NCBI GenBank assembly: GCA_023392635.1
Contig: JAEVYS010000108.1
Coordinates: 5,871-69,870 of the forward strand
DNA from: Actinomycetes bacterium
GTDB taxonomy: Bacteria; Actinomycetota; Actinomycetes; Propionibacteriales; Propionibacteriaceae
Direction of reading: 5' to 3'
DNA: 64,000 nucleotides
Numbering within the stretch: position 1 is the stretch's first letter; the number at the start of each line of letters is the position of its first letter. Below the pieces are notes generated by a model that saw only the letters and a list, made by a program, of their open reading frames with translations, was not told the DNA's origin and ran no database searches. The position numbers and the translations under genes were made by a program. Below are positions 1 to 10,200 of this stretch, piece after piece.

Positions 1-1368
1 CGTGCTCACGATCGACAGTCCCAGGCTGGTCGAGTTGGTGATCCGGAAACCGTCCGGCAGCGGCTCCCCCTGGTTGGTCACCTCAACCACCAACTCCCCG
101 TCCTGCTGGAGCGGGCGGACCAGGACCTCGCCGGACTGCTCCCGCAGGCCGTGCTCCACGGCGTTCTGGCAGAGCTCGGTCAGGACCAGGGAGAGGCTGG
201 TGGCGACGTCGGCCGGCACGTAGCCGAAGGACCCCTCGCGGACCATGCGCACCTTGCCACCGGTCGCCGCCACGTCGCCGACCATGCGCAGCAGGCGGTC
301 GGCGACGTCGTCGAACTTCACCGCCGTGTCGAACGCCTGGCTCAGGATCTCGTGCACGACGGCGATGGCCGCGACGCGCTTCATGGCGTCGTTCAGCGCG
401 CCCTTCGCCTCCGGCGAGGAGATCCGGCGGGCCTGCAGCCGCAGCAGTGCCGCCACGGTCTGCAGGTTGTTCTTCACCCGGTGGTGGATCTCGCGGATCG
501 TGGCGTCCTTGGTGACGAGCTGGCGCTCGCGCGAGCGCAGCTCGGTGGTGTCGCGGCACATCACGAGCAGGCCGTCGGGACCGTCCTCGCTCGCCAGCGG
601 CAGCACCCTCAGCCGGACGGTGGCCGAGCTCGTCTCGAGGTCGAGCTCGGCGGAGCCGCGTCCGACCAGGCTCGCCGCCATCGGACGGTCGACAGGCAGC
701 CGCTCCTTCAGCAGGGACCGCGTGATCGCCACGAAGTCCTCGCCGTACAGGTCGCTCGCCAGGCCGAGGCGACGGTAGGCACTCAGCGCATTCGGGCTCG
801 CGAACACGATCTGGCCCGCCTGGCTGACCCGGATCATGCCGTCCCCCACGCGTGGCGAGACCCACGGCACGCGCCGGTCGCCGCCGAGCGGGAACTGATG
901 CCGGTGCACCATGCCGGACAGCACCTGGGCGGCCTCGAGGTAGGCGTCCTCGAGTGCGCCGGGGGCACGGACGCCCATCTGGTTGGTGTGCATCTCGACC
1001 ACGGCCAGTACCCGATCGTCACGCAGGATCGGGATGGCCTGGACGTCGACGGGGATGCCGGCGTGGAGCTTGTTGCCGCTGGTGTGGCTGATCTCCTGGG
1101 ACAGGTACGCCTCCGTGACCAGGTGCTCCGGGTCGTAGGCGATCTCCTCCCCCACGACGTCGTCCTCGAGCGAGGTCGGACCGGTGGTCGGACGCACCTG
1201 GGCGCACGCCCAGAACACGTTGTCGTCGGCGTCCGGCACCCACAGGATCAGGTCTGCGAAGGCGAGGTCAGCCAGCAACGACCATTCGTCCACGAGCTGG
1301 GTGAGCCATTCGCGGTCCTCTTCGTCGAGGACGCAATGGCGGGCGATGACCTGCTCCATCGTCTGCAT
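1..1368 (-). CDS. pdtaS: PdtaS-type cytoplasmic sensor histidine kinase (GAF/PAS + HisKA_2); C-terminus runs off the window
   Basis: Not in the ORF track. Manual translation starts MQTMEQVIARHCVLDEEDREWLTQLVDEWSLLADLAFADLILWVP and contains the H-box IREIHHRVKNNLQTVAALLRLQARR. A TAGGGT -10 lies 7 nt before the ATG (leaderless). Synteny with rshA/sigH. Confidence 0.9.
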   Translation of the reverse strand, partial: MQTMEQVIARHCVLDEEDREWLTQLVDEWSLLADLAFADLILWVPDADDNVFWACAQVRPTTGPTSLEDDVVGEEIAYDPEHLVTEAYLSQEISHTSGNKLHAGIPVDVQAIPILRDDRVLAVVEMHTNQMGVRAPGALEDAYLEAAQVLSGMVHRHQFPLGGDRRVPWVSPRVGDGMIRVSQAGQIVFASPNALSAYRRLGLASDLYGEDFVAITRSLLKERLPVDRPMAASLVGRGSAELDLETSSATVRLRVLPLASEDGPDGLLVMCRDTTELRSRERQLVTKDATIREIHHRVKNNLQTVAALLRLQARRISSPEAKGALNDAMKRVAAIAVVHEILSQAFDTAVKFDDVADRLLRMVGDVAATGGKVRMVREGSFGYVPADVATSLSLVLTELCQNAVEHGLREQSGEVLVRPLQQDGELVVEVTNQGEPLPDGFRITNSTSLGLSIVST

Positions 1369-1474
1369 GCCCGCCACCCTACTGAACTCCGGTTGGACCC
1401 TCCGCCCCCCGGGCTGGCAGAATGGGTCCCCGCGCCGACCGGCGCGCACGCACGTCACGACTGAGGAGACCACG

Positions 1475-1549
1475 ATGGGTAAGGGTGGCCGTAAGCGCCG
1501 TTCCCGCAGGAAGAGCGCTGCTAACCACGGCAAGCGCCCGAACGCCTGA
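1475..1549 (+). CDS. 50S ribosomal protein bL37 (24 aa, actinobacterial)
   Basis: MGKGGRKRRSRRKSAANHGKRPNA, with the NHGKRPNA signature; GAGGAG RBS; usual position next to rshA. Confidence 0.9.
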   Translation: MGKGGRKRRSRRKSAANHGKRPNA

Positions 1550-1569
1550 GGATCGCCGCCGTACATGTC

Positions 1570-1599
1570 CGAAGCCCCCGGCGAACGGCGGGGGCTTCG
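1570..1599 (+). terminator. Hairpin terminator after bL37, possibly bidirectional with rshA
   Basis: Inverted repeat CGAAGCCCCCG-N8-CGGGGGCTTCG. Confidence 0.7.
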
Positions 1600-1650
1600 T
1601 GCGTCCTGGCCCCTTTCCACGGGGCGGACGGGTCCCGCGGCGGGTGGCGG

Positions 1651-1914
1651 CTACTCCGGCGCTTCGGTGACGATCACCGTGCGGCTGTAGGTGGCACGGA
1701 CGCGCAGGCGGAGTTCCTCCGGCGCCTTCTCCGCGGTGCAGGACCTGCGGATCAGCAGACGCATCGCGTCCTCCACCTGGTAGTGGTCGAGGCAGGGCTC
1801 GCAGGCCAGCAGGTGCTCGCGGATCTCGTCGGCCTCGGCCGGGCTGAGCTCCTGGTCATGGAACTCGTAGAGGTGGCGCAGTACTTCGGTGCAGTCCTCG
1901 AACTCAGGCCTCAT
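1651..1914 (-). CDS. rsrA: Zinc-binding (ZAS) anti-sigma factor, RsrA/RshA
   Basis: N-terminal Cys plus HLLACEPC (HxxxCxxC); overlaps the 3' end of the ECF sigma gene. Confidence 0.92.
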   Translation of the reverse strand: MRPEFEDCTEVLRHLYEFHDQELSPAEADEIREHLLACEPCLDHYQVEDAMRLLIRRSCTAEKAPEELRLRVRATYSRTVIVTEAPE

Positions 1915-2602
1915 GGTCGCTCCCGATCAGACCGTGCTCGCGCGCGAAGTCAGCGAGGGAGGCACGCAGTTGGTTTCGGCCGCGGTTCAGCCGGGACATC
2001 ACGGTGCCGATCGGCGTGCCCATGATCTCGGCGATCTCCTTGTAGGAGAATCCCTCGACGTCGGCGAGGTAGACCGCCAGTCGGAAGTCGGGGGCCAGCG
2101 CGTTCATCGCGTCGGTCACCGCCGAGTGCGGCATGCGGTCGAGCGCTTCCATCTCGGCCGAGCGAAGCCCGGTCGAGGTGTGCGACTCCGCGCGAGCCAG
2201 CTGCCAGTCCTCCACGTCCTGCCCGGAGGTCTGCGGCTGACGCTGCTTCTTGCGGTAGTTGTTGATGAAGGTGTTGGTGAGGATCCGGTACAGCCACGCC
2301 TTCAGGTTGGTGCCGGGCGTGAACTGGTGGAAGGACGCGTAGGCCTTCGCGAAGGTCTCCTGCACCAGGTCCTCGGCGTCGCTCGGGTTGCGGGTCATGC
2401 GCAGGGCTGCGCCGTAGAGCTGGTCGAGGTAGGCCAGCGCCTCGGCCTCGAACCTCTCGGCGCGTTCGGCGTCGGTCTCGGGACGGTCGAGGGTGGAGTC
2501 CTCGGGAAGTGTTGGCAGAGTCATCAGGAACGAGCCTAGCCGTTGCCGCTGACCGGCCCGAGGTACGCCGATCTGCACCGCTGGGTCGAGGGTCGCCATC
2601 AC
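1904..2602 (-). CDS. sigH: ECF sigma factor SigR/SigH (thiol-oxidative stress); alternative start at 2524
   Basis: [40 protein letters not shown] and [11 protein letters not shown] motifs; adjacent to rsrA. Confidence 0.93.
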   Translation of the reverse strand: MMATLDPAVQIGVPRAGQRQRLGSFLMTLPTLPEDSTLDRPETDAERAERFEAEALAYLDQLYGAALRMTRNPSDAEDLVQETFAKAYASFHQFTPGTNLKAWLYRILTNTFINNYRKKQRQPQTSGQDVEDWQLARAESHTSTGLRSAEMEALDRMPHSAVTDAMNALAPDFRLAVYLADVEGFSYKEIAEIMGTPIGTVMSRLNRGRNQLRASLADFAREHGLIGSDHEA

Positions 2603-2611
2603 GCCCTCCTC

Positions 2612-2638
2612 AACGGGTCCGCCCGGGGCGATTATTCC
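2612..2638 (-). promoter_or_regulatory. SigH/SigR-dependent autoregulatory promoter
   Basis: GGAAT-N19-GTT on the minus strand, just upstream of GTG 2602; fits the SigR/SigH consensus. Confidence 0.75.
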
Positions 2639-3321
2639 GCGAGCGGCTCCACCAGCTGCGGCCCGTCATTGGCCACCTTGTTGACCGCCATCGACACCGG
2701 GTAGAACCGCAGGCTGGGCGTCGGCACGGTCAGCAGCCCCAGCGGATCGTCGGCGAAGGCCGGGTCGAGCCAGGCGTCCCAGTTCTGCCGGGTGACCGCG
2801 AGGGGCATGCGGTCGTGCAGGTGACCCACCTCGTCGGTCGCGGACGTCGTGATCACAGTCGCCGTGGTGAGCCAGGACCCGTCCGGCGCCTTCCAGAACT
2901 CGTACAGCCCCGCCATCACGAACAGCTCGTCGTCCGCCGGCCGGATGAAGTACGGCTGCTTGGCGGGCTTGCCCTCGACCGTCACCGGATACCACTCGTA
3001 GTAGCCGTCGGCCGGCAACAGGCAGCGCCGCGAAGCGAACGCCTTCCGGAACGCGGGCTTCGCCGCCACCGTCTCCACGCGTGCGTTGATCATCCGAGCC
3101 GCCCCCGATGCGTCCTTCGACCATGACGGCACCAGGCCCCAGCGCACCTCGGCGAGGATCCGTCTCGGCTCGCCCGAGCGCTCCCGGACGAACACGGCGG
3201 GGATCGGGTCGGTCGGCGCGATGTTCCAGTCGGGCCCGGGCAGCGGGCCAGCCACCTCGTCGATCTCGAAGTACTCCTCGAGGTCCTCGCCGGCCAGCGA
3301 AAGGGCGTAGCGTCCGCACAT
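2632..3321 (-). CDS. SOS response-associated peptidase (SRAP/HMCES, abasic-site protection)
   Basis: Starts MCGRY (catalytic Cys2); has [27 protein letters not shown] and HDRMP motifs. Confidence 0.93.
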   Translation of the reverse strand: MCGRYALSLAGEDLEEYFEIDEVAGPLPGPDWNIAPTDPIPAVFVRERSGEPRRILAEVRWGLVPSWSKDASGAARMINARVETVAAKPAFRKAFASRRCLLPADGYYEWYPVTVEGKPAKQPYFIRPADDELFVMAGLYEFWKAPDGSWLTTATVITTSATDEVGHLHDRMPLAVTRQNWDAWLDPAFADDPLGLLTVPTPSLRFYPVSMAVNKVANDGPQLVEPLAE

Positions 3322-3329
3322 ACCTTCGG

Positions 3330-3351
3330 ACCTTACGCCGCCGCTGCGACA
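3330..3351 (-). promoter_or_regulatory. PafBC/RecA-NDp-type DNA-damage promoter of SRAP
   Basis: TGTCGC-N10-TAAGGT, 8 nt before the ATG at 3321. Confidence 0.65.
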
Positions 3352-3402
3352 GCATCGCGGAACGCGCTTGGCAGTGGGTGGTGATCGGGGTAGGAATAGG
3401 GC

Positions 3403-3996
3403 ATGAGTCTTCTCCGGTTCGTCGCCCGATCGATGCTGGCCAGCTACTTCGTGATCAACGGGGTCAAGGCCCTCCGGCACCCCGAGGACTACCTGCCGGA
3501 CGCCCAACCGATCGCCGACCGAGTGCTCCCGCTGATCAGCGCGAACGTCCCCGACTCGGCCCGCGGCTACCTGCCCGAGGACGCGGTCGGCCTGGTGAAG
3601 TGCAACGGTGCCCTGCAGATCGCCGGCGGCCTGAGCCTCGCCACAGGCCTGGGGCGCCGCCTGGGCGCCGGCGTGCTGGCGGTCACGATGCTCCCCCACG
3701 TACTGGCGGCGAACCCGCTGAAGGCGAAGAGTGGTGCCGACCGGGCCGCCGTGCAGTCGCAGCTCGGCAAGAACGTCGCCCTCCTCGGCGGGGTCATGCT
3801 CGCCGCGCAGGACACCGAGGGGAAGCCGACGATCGCGTGGCGCGTCCGCACCCAGAAGCAGCTGCTGGCCAAGGAGGCGGCACGTCGCAAGGCCGAGCTG
3901 GAACGCGACGCCCGCGGCACGGCCGAGGACGCCGCCCGGCTCGCCCGCAGGTCCGTGCGCAAGGCCCGCAAGGGCGTGGAGGGCCTTCTTTCTTGA
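3403..3996 (+). CDS. DoxX family membrane protein
   Basis: RFVARSMLASYFV and LGKNVALLGGVMLAAQDTEGKP motifs; hydrophobic segments and a basic tail. Confidence 0.8.
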   Translation: MSLLRFVARSMLASYFVINGVKALRHPEDYLPDAQPIADRVLPLISANVPDSARGYLPEDAVGLVKCNGALQIAGGLSLATGLGRRLGAGVLAVTMLPHVLAANPLKAKSGADRAAVQSQLGKNVALLGGVMLAAQDTEGKPTIAWRVRTQKQLLAKEAARRKAELERDARGTAEDAARLARRSVRKARKGVEGLLS

Positions 3997-5276
3997 TCGC
4001 TTGGACGGCCCCCGTCGCGACCGCCCCGGCTCGCGGCAGCGTGGTCGTTCCCGGTTCCAAGTCCGCCAGTGCACGCAGCCTGCTCCTGGCCGCCCTCGCC
4101 GACGGCCCGTCGGTACTCACCGGCGTGCTCGACTCGCGCGACACCGCGTTGATGCGGGCGGGGCTGGGGACCCTTGGCGCGGCCGTCGAGGACCTCGGGC
4201 AGGGCACCGTCCGCGTGGTCCCCGGGGCCCGTGTGACCGGGGGCGGCACCGTGGACTGCGGCCTGGCCGGCACCGTGCTGCGGTTCCTGCCGCCGGTCGC
4301 CGCGCTGGCCGCCGAGCCGACGCTCTTCATCGGTGACGAGGCGGCGGCCACCCGTCCCATCGCCGGACTGCTCGACGCGCTCGCCGCCCTGGGCGCGGAC
4401 GTCAGCCGACCGCGCTCCCTGCCCTTCCGCGTGGGTGGCGGCCCGTCCCTGCGCGGCGGGGCGGTCGGCATCGACGCGAGCACCACCAGCCAGTTCGTCT
4501 CCGCGCTCCTGCTCTCCGGCGCCCGCTTCCCCGACGGGGTCGAGGTCAGCCACCACGGCGGCGCCCTGCCCTCGGTGCCCCACATCGACATGACCAGCGC
4601 GCTGCTGCGTCGCCGTGGGGTGCAGGTGGAGCGGCCGGCCGAACACACCTGGCGGGTGGCGCCCGGGCGCATCGCCCCGCTGGACGAGGCCGTCGAGCCC
4701 GACCTGACGAACGCGGCCACCCTGCTCGCGGCCGCCCTCGTCACCGGTGGTGAGCTGACCACGGCCTGGCCCGAGTTCTCGGTGCAGGCCGCTGACGACC
4801 TGCTCGCCGTGCTGGCGGCCTTCGGCGCCGGCGTGACCTACGGGACCGGCCCGGACGGTGGCCGGACGGTGACGGTGAGCGGTCCCAACGGGGTACGGGG
4901 AGCCGACGTCGACCTGCGCACGGTCAGCGAACTCACTCCTGTGGCTGCTGCGCTGGCCACCCTCGCCGACCGGCCCAGCACGCTACGGGGCGTCGCCCAC
5001 ATCCGTGGCCACGAGACCGACCGCCTCGCCGCGCTGGCCTCCGAGCTGACCGGACTCGGGGTGGACGCGCTCGAGACCGACGACGGCCTGAGCATCGTCC
5101 CCGGCCGGCGTTCCGCCGGGACGTTCCACACCCACGCCGACCACCGCCTCGCCCATGCCGCCGCGCTCATCGGGCTGGTGACCCCGGGGATCGTCCTGGA
5201 CGACGTCGGGTGCACGTCGAAGACCCTCCCCGACTTCCCCGGGCTGTGGGCCCGCCTGCTCGGGGCGGGCGCGTGA
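3993..5276 (+). CDS. aroA: 3-phosphoshikimate 1-carboxyvinyltransferase (EPSP synthase)
   Basis: VPGSKS, DCGLAGTVLRF, SQFVSALLL, RGHETDRL and DHRLA motifs; TTG start overlaps the DoxX stop, with a GGAGG RBS. Confidence 0.93.
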   Translation: MIAWTAPVATAPARGSVVVPGSKSASARSLLLAALADGPSVLTGVLDSRDTALMRAGLGTLGAAVEDLGQGTVRVVPGARVTGGGTVDCGLAGTVLRFLPPVAALAAEPTLFIGDEAAATRPIAGLLDALAALGADVSRPRSLPFRVGGGPSLRGGAVGIDASTTSQFVSALLLSGARFPDGVEVSHHGGALPSVPHIDMTSALLRRRGVQVERPAEHTWRVAPGRIAPLDEAVEPDLTNAATLLAAALVTGGELTTAWPEFSVQAADDLLAVLAAFGAGVTYGTGPDGGRTVTVSGPNGVRGADVDLRTVSELTPVAAALATLADRPSTLRGVAHIRGHETDRLAALASELTGLGVDALETDDGLSIVPGRRSAGTFHTHADHRLAHAAALIGLVTPGIVLDDVGCTSKTLPDFPGLWARLLGAGA

Positions 5277-6268
5277 TCCGCCAGCAGCGCGGCGCCATCA
5301 CCGACGACCCGAACGAGGGCTTCGGACGGCCCAGCCGTCGCTCGCGCCCGCGCACGAAGGACCGTCCCGCCTACACGCAGGCCGTGGACGCGACGGTCGT
5401 CACGGTCGACCGGGGGCGCTTCCGGTGCCTCCTCGCCGACGGCGAGACCCTGGTCACCACGACGAAGGCACGCACCCTCGGCCGCACCGGCGTCATCGTG
5501 GGCGACCGCGTCCGGCTCGTCGGCGACACCTCGGGAGCAGAGGGCAGCCTGGCGAGAATCGTCGAGGTGGTCGAGCGGGAGACCGTGCTGCGGCGCACCG
5601 CGGACGACGACGACCCGTACGAGCGACCGATCGTCGCCAACGCCGACCAGCTCGTGATCGTTGCCGCGTTGGCCGACCCCCCTCCCCGTGTGGGCATGAT
5701 CGACCGGATCCTCGTCGCCGCCTACGACGCCGGGCTGGAGCCCCTGCTGGTGCTCACCAAGGCCGATCTCGCCGAACCGGACGGACTGATGGCCACCTAC
5801 CGGCCCCTCGGCCTGCGGGTGGTCGCGGTTGAGCCGGGCTCGGACCTCGGCCCGCTGCGCGAGGCCCTGGCCGGCCACCGCAGCGTTCTCGTCGGGCACT
5901 CCGGGGTCGGCAAGTCCACCCTGGTGAACGCGCTCATCCCCGGTGTCGACCGTCAGGTCGGTGAGGTCAACGAGGTCACCGGACGGGGTCGGCACACCTC
6001 CACCAGCGCGATCGCCCTTCAACTGCCCGACGCCGGCGGCTGGGTCATCGACACCCCCGGCGTCCGTTCCTTCGGCCTGAGCCACGTCACGCCCGACTCG
6101 ATCGTGGCCGCCTTCCCCGACCTGTCCGAGATCGTGGCGGACTGCCCGCGCGGCTGCCGCCACGACTCCAGCGCTCCGGAATGCGCCCTCGACGTCGCCG
6201 TTGCGGGCGGACGGCTCGCCCCTGAGCGCCTCGAGTCCTTCCGCAGGATGGAGAAGGCGTTCGGCTAG
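5273..6268 (+). CDS. rsgA: Ribosome small subunit-dependent GTPase A
   Basis: TKAD, GHSGVGKST, GRGRHTS and DTPG motifs; C-terminal CPRGCRH...C zinc finger; GTGA overlap with aroA. Confidence 0.93.
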   Translation: MIRQQRGAITDDPNEGFGRPSRRSRPRTKDRPAYTQAVDATVVTVDRGRFRCLLADGETLVTTTKARTLGRTGVIVGDRVRLVGDTSGAEGSLARIVEVVERETVLRRTADDDDPYERPIVANADQLVIVAALADPPPRVGMIDRILVAAYDAGLEPLLVLTKADLAEPDGLMATYRPLGLRVVAVEPGSDLGPLREALAGHRSVLVGHSGVGKSTLVNALIPGVDRQVGEVNEVTGRGRHTSTSAIALQLPDAGGWVIDTPGVRSFGLSHVTPDSIVAAFPDLSEIVADCPRGCRHDSSAPECALDVAVAGGRLAPERLESFRRMEKAFG

Positions 6269-6278
6269 ATTGGCAGCC

Positions 6279-7073
6279 ATGCCCGACCAAGCCCTCCTGG
6301 ACGACCTCAGGCTGGCGCACGTCCTCGCCGACCAGGCGGACGCGATCACCATGGCCCGCTTCCGGGCATCGGACCTGAGGGTCGATTCCAAACCAGACCT
6401 CACCCCCGTCACCGACGCCGACACCGCCGTCGAGGACGCCATCCGCAACATGCTGTCGCGCACGCGTCCGCGCGACGCCGTGCACGGTGAGGAGCGGGCG
6501 GACTCGGGTTGGGGGCCACGACGCTGGGTGATCGACCCCATCGACGGCACCGCCAACTTCGTGCGCGGCGTGCCGGTGTGGGCGACCCTGATCGGGCTGA
6601 TGGTCGGTGAGGACGTCGTCGCCGGGGTCGTCTCCGCGCCCGCACTGTCGCGCCGCTGGTGGGCGTCGAAGGGCGGCGGCGCGTTCACCGGCCGCAGCCT
6701 CCTGCAGGGTCTGCCGTGCCGCACGTCCCGGGTGTCCGCCATCGAGGACGCGTCGTTCTCGTACAGCTCCATCGGCGGCTGGGTGGAGTCCGGTCGCGGA
6801 CAGCAGTTCGTCGACCTGCTCCGCGACTGCTGGCGCACCCGTGCCTACGGCGACTTCTGGAGCTACATGCTGCTCGCTGAGGGCGCCGTCGACCTGGCCG
6901 CTGAGCCCGAGCTCGCCCTCCACGACATGGCCGCCCTCACCGTGATCGTGACCGAGGCCGGCGGCAGGTTCAGCAACCTCGATGGTCGCGACGGCCCGCA
7001 CGGCCCGGGCGCCATCGCGACCAACGGCGTCCTGCACGACGAGGTCGTGGCGCGCCTGGCCCGCGGCGAGTAG
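6279..7073 (+). CDS. hisN: Histidinol-phosphatase (inositol monophosphatase family)
   Basis: KPDLTPVTDAD, GEE, WVIDPIDGTANF and RAYGDF motifs; TAGATT -10 lies 7 nt upstream. Confidence 0.9.
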   Translation: MPDQALLDDLRLAHVLADQADAITMARFRASDLRVDSKPDLTPVTDADTAVEDAIRNMLSRTRPRDAVHGEERADSGWGPRRWVIDPIDGTANFVRGVPVWATLIGLMVGEDVVAGVVSAPALSRRWWASKGGGAFTGRSLLQGLPCRTSRVSAIEDASFSYSSIGGWVESGRGQQFVDLLRDCWRTRAYGDFWSYMLLAEGAVDLAAEPELALHDMAALTVIVTEAGGRFSNLDGRDGPHGPGAIATNGVLHDEVVARLARGE

Positions 7074-7210
7074 CCGTCCCCGGCGGCGGCGAGCCCGGAC
7101 CCGTCCACCTGATACACCCCCGCTTCGCCTACTACTACGCATCGCGCGCCCACGGCGGGTGGTGCGACCCTCGGAGGAGAAGGCTGACCAGCCACACCGA
7201 GGGGGTAACC

Positions 7211-10200
7211 ATGGCTGAACCGCGGGTCTGGGCCGACGGCCTCGCCGGCACCGGCATCGGGGCGGACATCTGGAACGAGCGCACCGTTCTGTTCACCGAC
7301 TGGTCGGGCGGACGCCTGGTCGCGGTCACGGTCGAACTGGGCGAACTGACGCCGTGGGGGGACGGCTACAGCGAGCCCGAGTCCGTCAGCGTGGTCGGCG
7401 ACGACGCGCTGATCACCGAGCGGACGGGCGCCCTGCTGCGGCAGGACCTGAACACCCCGGGCCGCGCCAGCGCCCAGGTGGTGGCCACCGGCCTGGGCGC
7501 ACCGCACCAGGTGGTGCGCACCGGGGACGGCGCCGCGGCGCTGGTGGCAGACCATGCCGGTGGCAGGGTGGTCCGGGTGGACCTTGCCACGGGGGCGACC
7601 AGCGACGAACTGACCGGGCTCGGCCAGCCCGTCGGGCTCGCGGTCGGGGCCGACGGTGCCCTGTTCGTCACCGAGCAGGCCACCGGGTCGTTGACCCGGC
7701 ACGACCCGGACGGCACCACGACCGTGGTCGTCGGCGGGCTGGTGTCGCCGTTCCTGCTGTCCTGGGCCGACGCGGAGCGCACGCAGCTCCTGGTGACGGA
7801 GAGAGCACCGGTCCACCGCGTCGGCATCGTCGACGTGACCGAGGCCGCTCCATCGGTGGGCCGCCTGGTCGGGCGCGGGATCGTCCAGCCGTCGCAGGCC
7901 ATCGTCCTCGGCGACCTCCTCGTCGTCACCGGCGCCGGGCGCCTGCTCGCCCTGGACGCCTCCGGCGGGCTCCGTCCCGGCGTCCATGTCACTGCGCTCC
8001 CGGGACCCATCTGGCCCGGGTCGTGGGCCGACGTCGAGATCGACACCGGCGTCACGGGCTGGACGCGGGCCGAACTCGTGCTCGAGACCGACCCGGTCGG
8101 CCCGCTCACCGTGGACGAACACCCGAACGCCGACCTGGACGCCCGTCGTCCCTCCCTCCGCCTGCTGGCCCGCAGCACGCTCGGACCCGTCGACCTGGTG
8201 GTGAAGGACGCGGCCACGATGACCGAGGTCGGACGCGGGCACCTCGAGGTCGGCTTCGACGCCGGCTCGCCCCTGGACGGTCCCCCGTTGTGGGTGGAGA
8301 CGCCGGCGCGGCCCCCGGTGCTGTACACCCTCGAGGCGGTCAAGGGGGTCGACGACGCCGGCGCGAAGAGCCCCAAGGACGGCGCGGGCAAGGCCACCTC
8401 GAAGTGGCGCGTCCTCGCGGCCCTGGTCGACACCAAGGACGCCCGCTGGTCGGCGACGGTGACTCCGACGGCACCAGCCCCCACGATCGCCACCGCGCAG
8501 AGCACCTGGCGGGACGTGCTGGTCGGTGCCAACAGCGTCAACACCTTCTACCAGGAGATGTCGGGCAACCGCCTCTCCATCGAGCTGGTCACCGGCTCGG
8601 TCCAGGGACCGGTGCAACTGGACGGCACGTGGGCCGACTGGTTCACGATGCCCACCGGCACCAACCAGTGGTTCGTCAAGGACGACGTGGTGCAGCGGGT
8701 CGCCTCGGCGCTGCAGTCGGTCACGGACTGGACGCAGGTCGACGCGGTGTTCCTCATCGTCCGCTCCCCCGACGGCACCAGGTACATCTGGCCACGCGCC
8801 CAGCAACGCGCCTACAAGGTCAACGCCAAGAACGGCGCCGGCAAGGATGTGCAGGTGAGCGTCGCGAAGGTCGGGATGCCGCACGACCAGACCACCGCGG
8901 CCAACCTCGGGTTCACCAACGTCGAGGTGTCGTCCCACGAGCTCGGCCACACGTTCGGGCTGGACGACCTGTACATGGACGCGAGCTACACCGCCGACAT
9001 GCAGGCGCGCGCCCTCGGCACCAGGGAACTGATGGGCAACGAGAGCGCGCTGCCCCACCTCACGGCACGGCACAAGTTGCTGCTCGGGTTCCTGGACACC
9101 GGCCACGTGCGATCGTTCACCTACGGAGCGGCCGAGGATGCCACGTTCGACCTCACGGCGATCTCCGACGGACTACCGCCGGCCGGGAGCTTCGCCGCGG
9201 TCGAGCTCAAGGTCGCGCCGCGGCTGTCCTGGTTCTTCGAGTACCGGGTGCCACGACCGGGGCGCATCGGCGACACCGGGGCTGCGTTCACCGGCGGCAA
9301 GGTGATGGGCTACGACGCCACCCGGTACGAACTCCCACCGATCTCCGCCGACAAGCGCAGGCCGATCATCCTGCTCCTGGACGACGGCGACGGCGAGGGC
9401 GCGGTCCTGGCCGCAGGCAACGACTACGAGCACCTCGACGTGAACGGGCAGGCGCTGTCACAGTTCCGGCTGGAAGTCCTGTCGATGAACGGCACCACCG
9501 CGCGCGTCCGGGTGAAGGTGGGCGCGGTCTCCGCACCCGACCCGTCCATCGTCACCAACAACGGCGAGGAGGGCGACTACAAGAGCCCGGACATCGAGAT
9601 CCGCAACGAACTGAGCGACGCCGACAAGGCCTGGCTCAACCGGCCCGTGATCGTGAGCGACCCCAGCATCAAGCCCAACCGGGTCGTGGCCAAGGTCCAC
9701 AACCTCGGCGGCCTCGACGCGCCGAACGTCACGGTGCGGTTCAAGGTCCTGCCGTTCAACACCGACGACAAGGACTCCGAGCGCTGGAACGATCTGGGAA
9801 ACCCGGTCACGCACGAGGTCAAGGCCGGCCAGACCGTCGAGTTCGAGACCCAGTGGTCGCCCGACCACGACGGGCATTTCTGCGTGCAGGCCCGGATCGA
9901 CCGGTACACCCGCGTCCCGGGCGCAGCGGCGGACGAGCCGGACGTCGACAACAACCTCGCGCAGTCGAACTACTTCAAGATCGAGTCCAAGCCGTCCTCG
10001 CCCGCCACCCGCGAAGTGTCGTTCATCGAAGTACACAACCCGTATCCCTATGCGGCGAGCGCGCTGGTCGACGTGGCCCAGGACACCGACGCCTACCGGA
10101 CCTTCGTCGACCACCAGTGGGTCCACCTCGAACCGGGCCAGACCCGGCTGGTACGCATGGAGGTCGAGTCGCTCGCAACCAGCATCTGGGATGCGATCGA

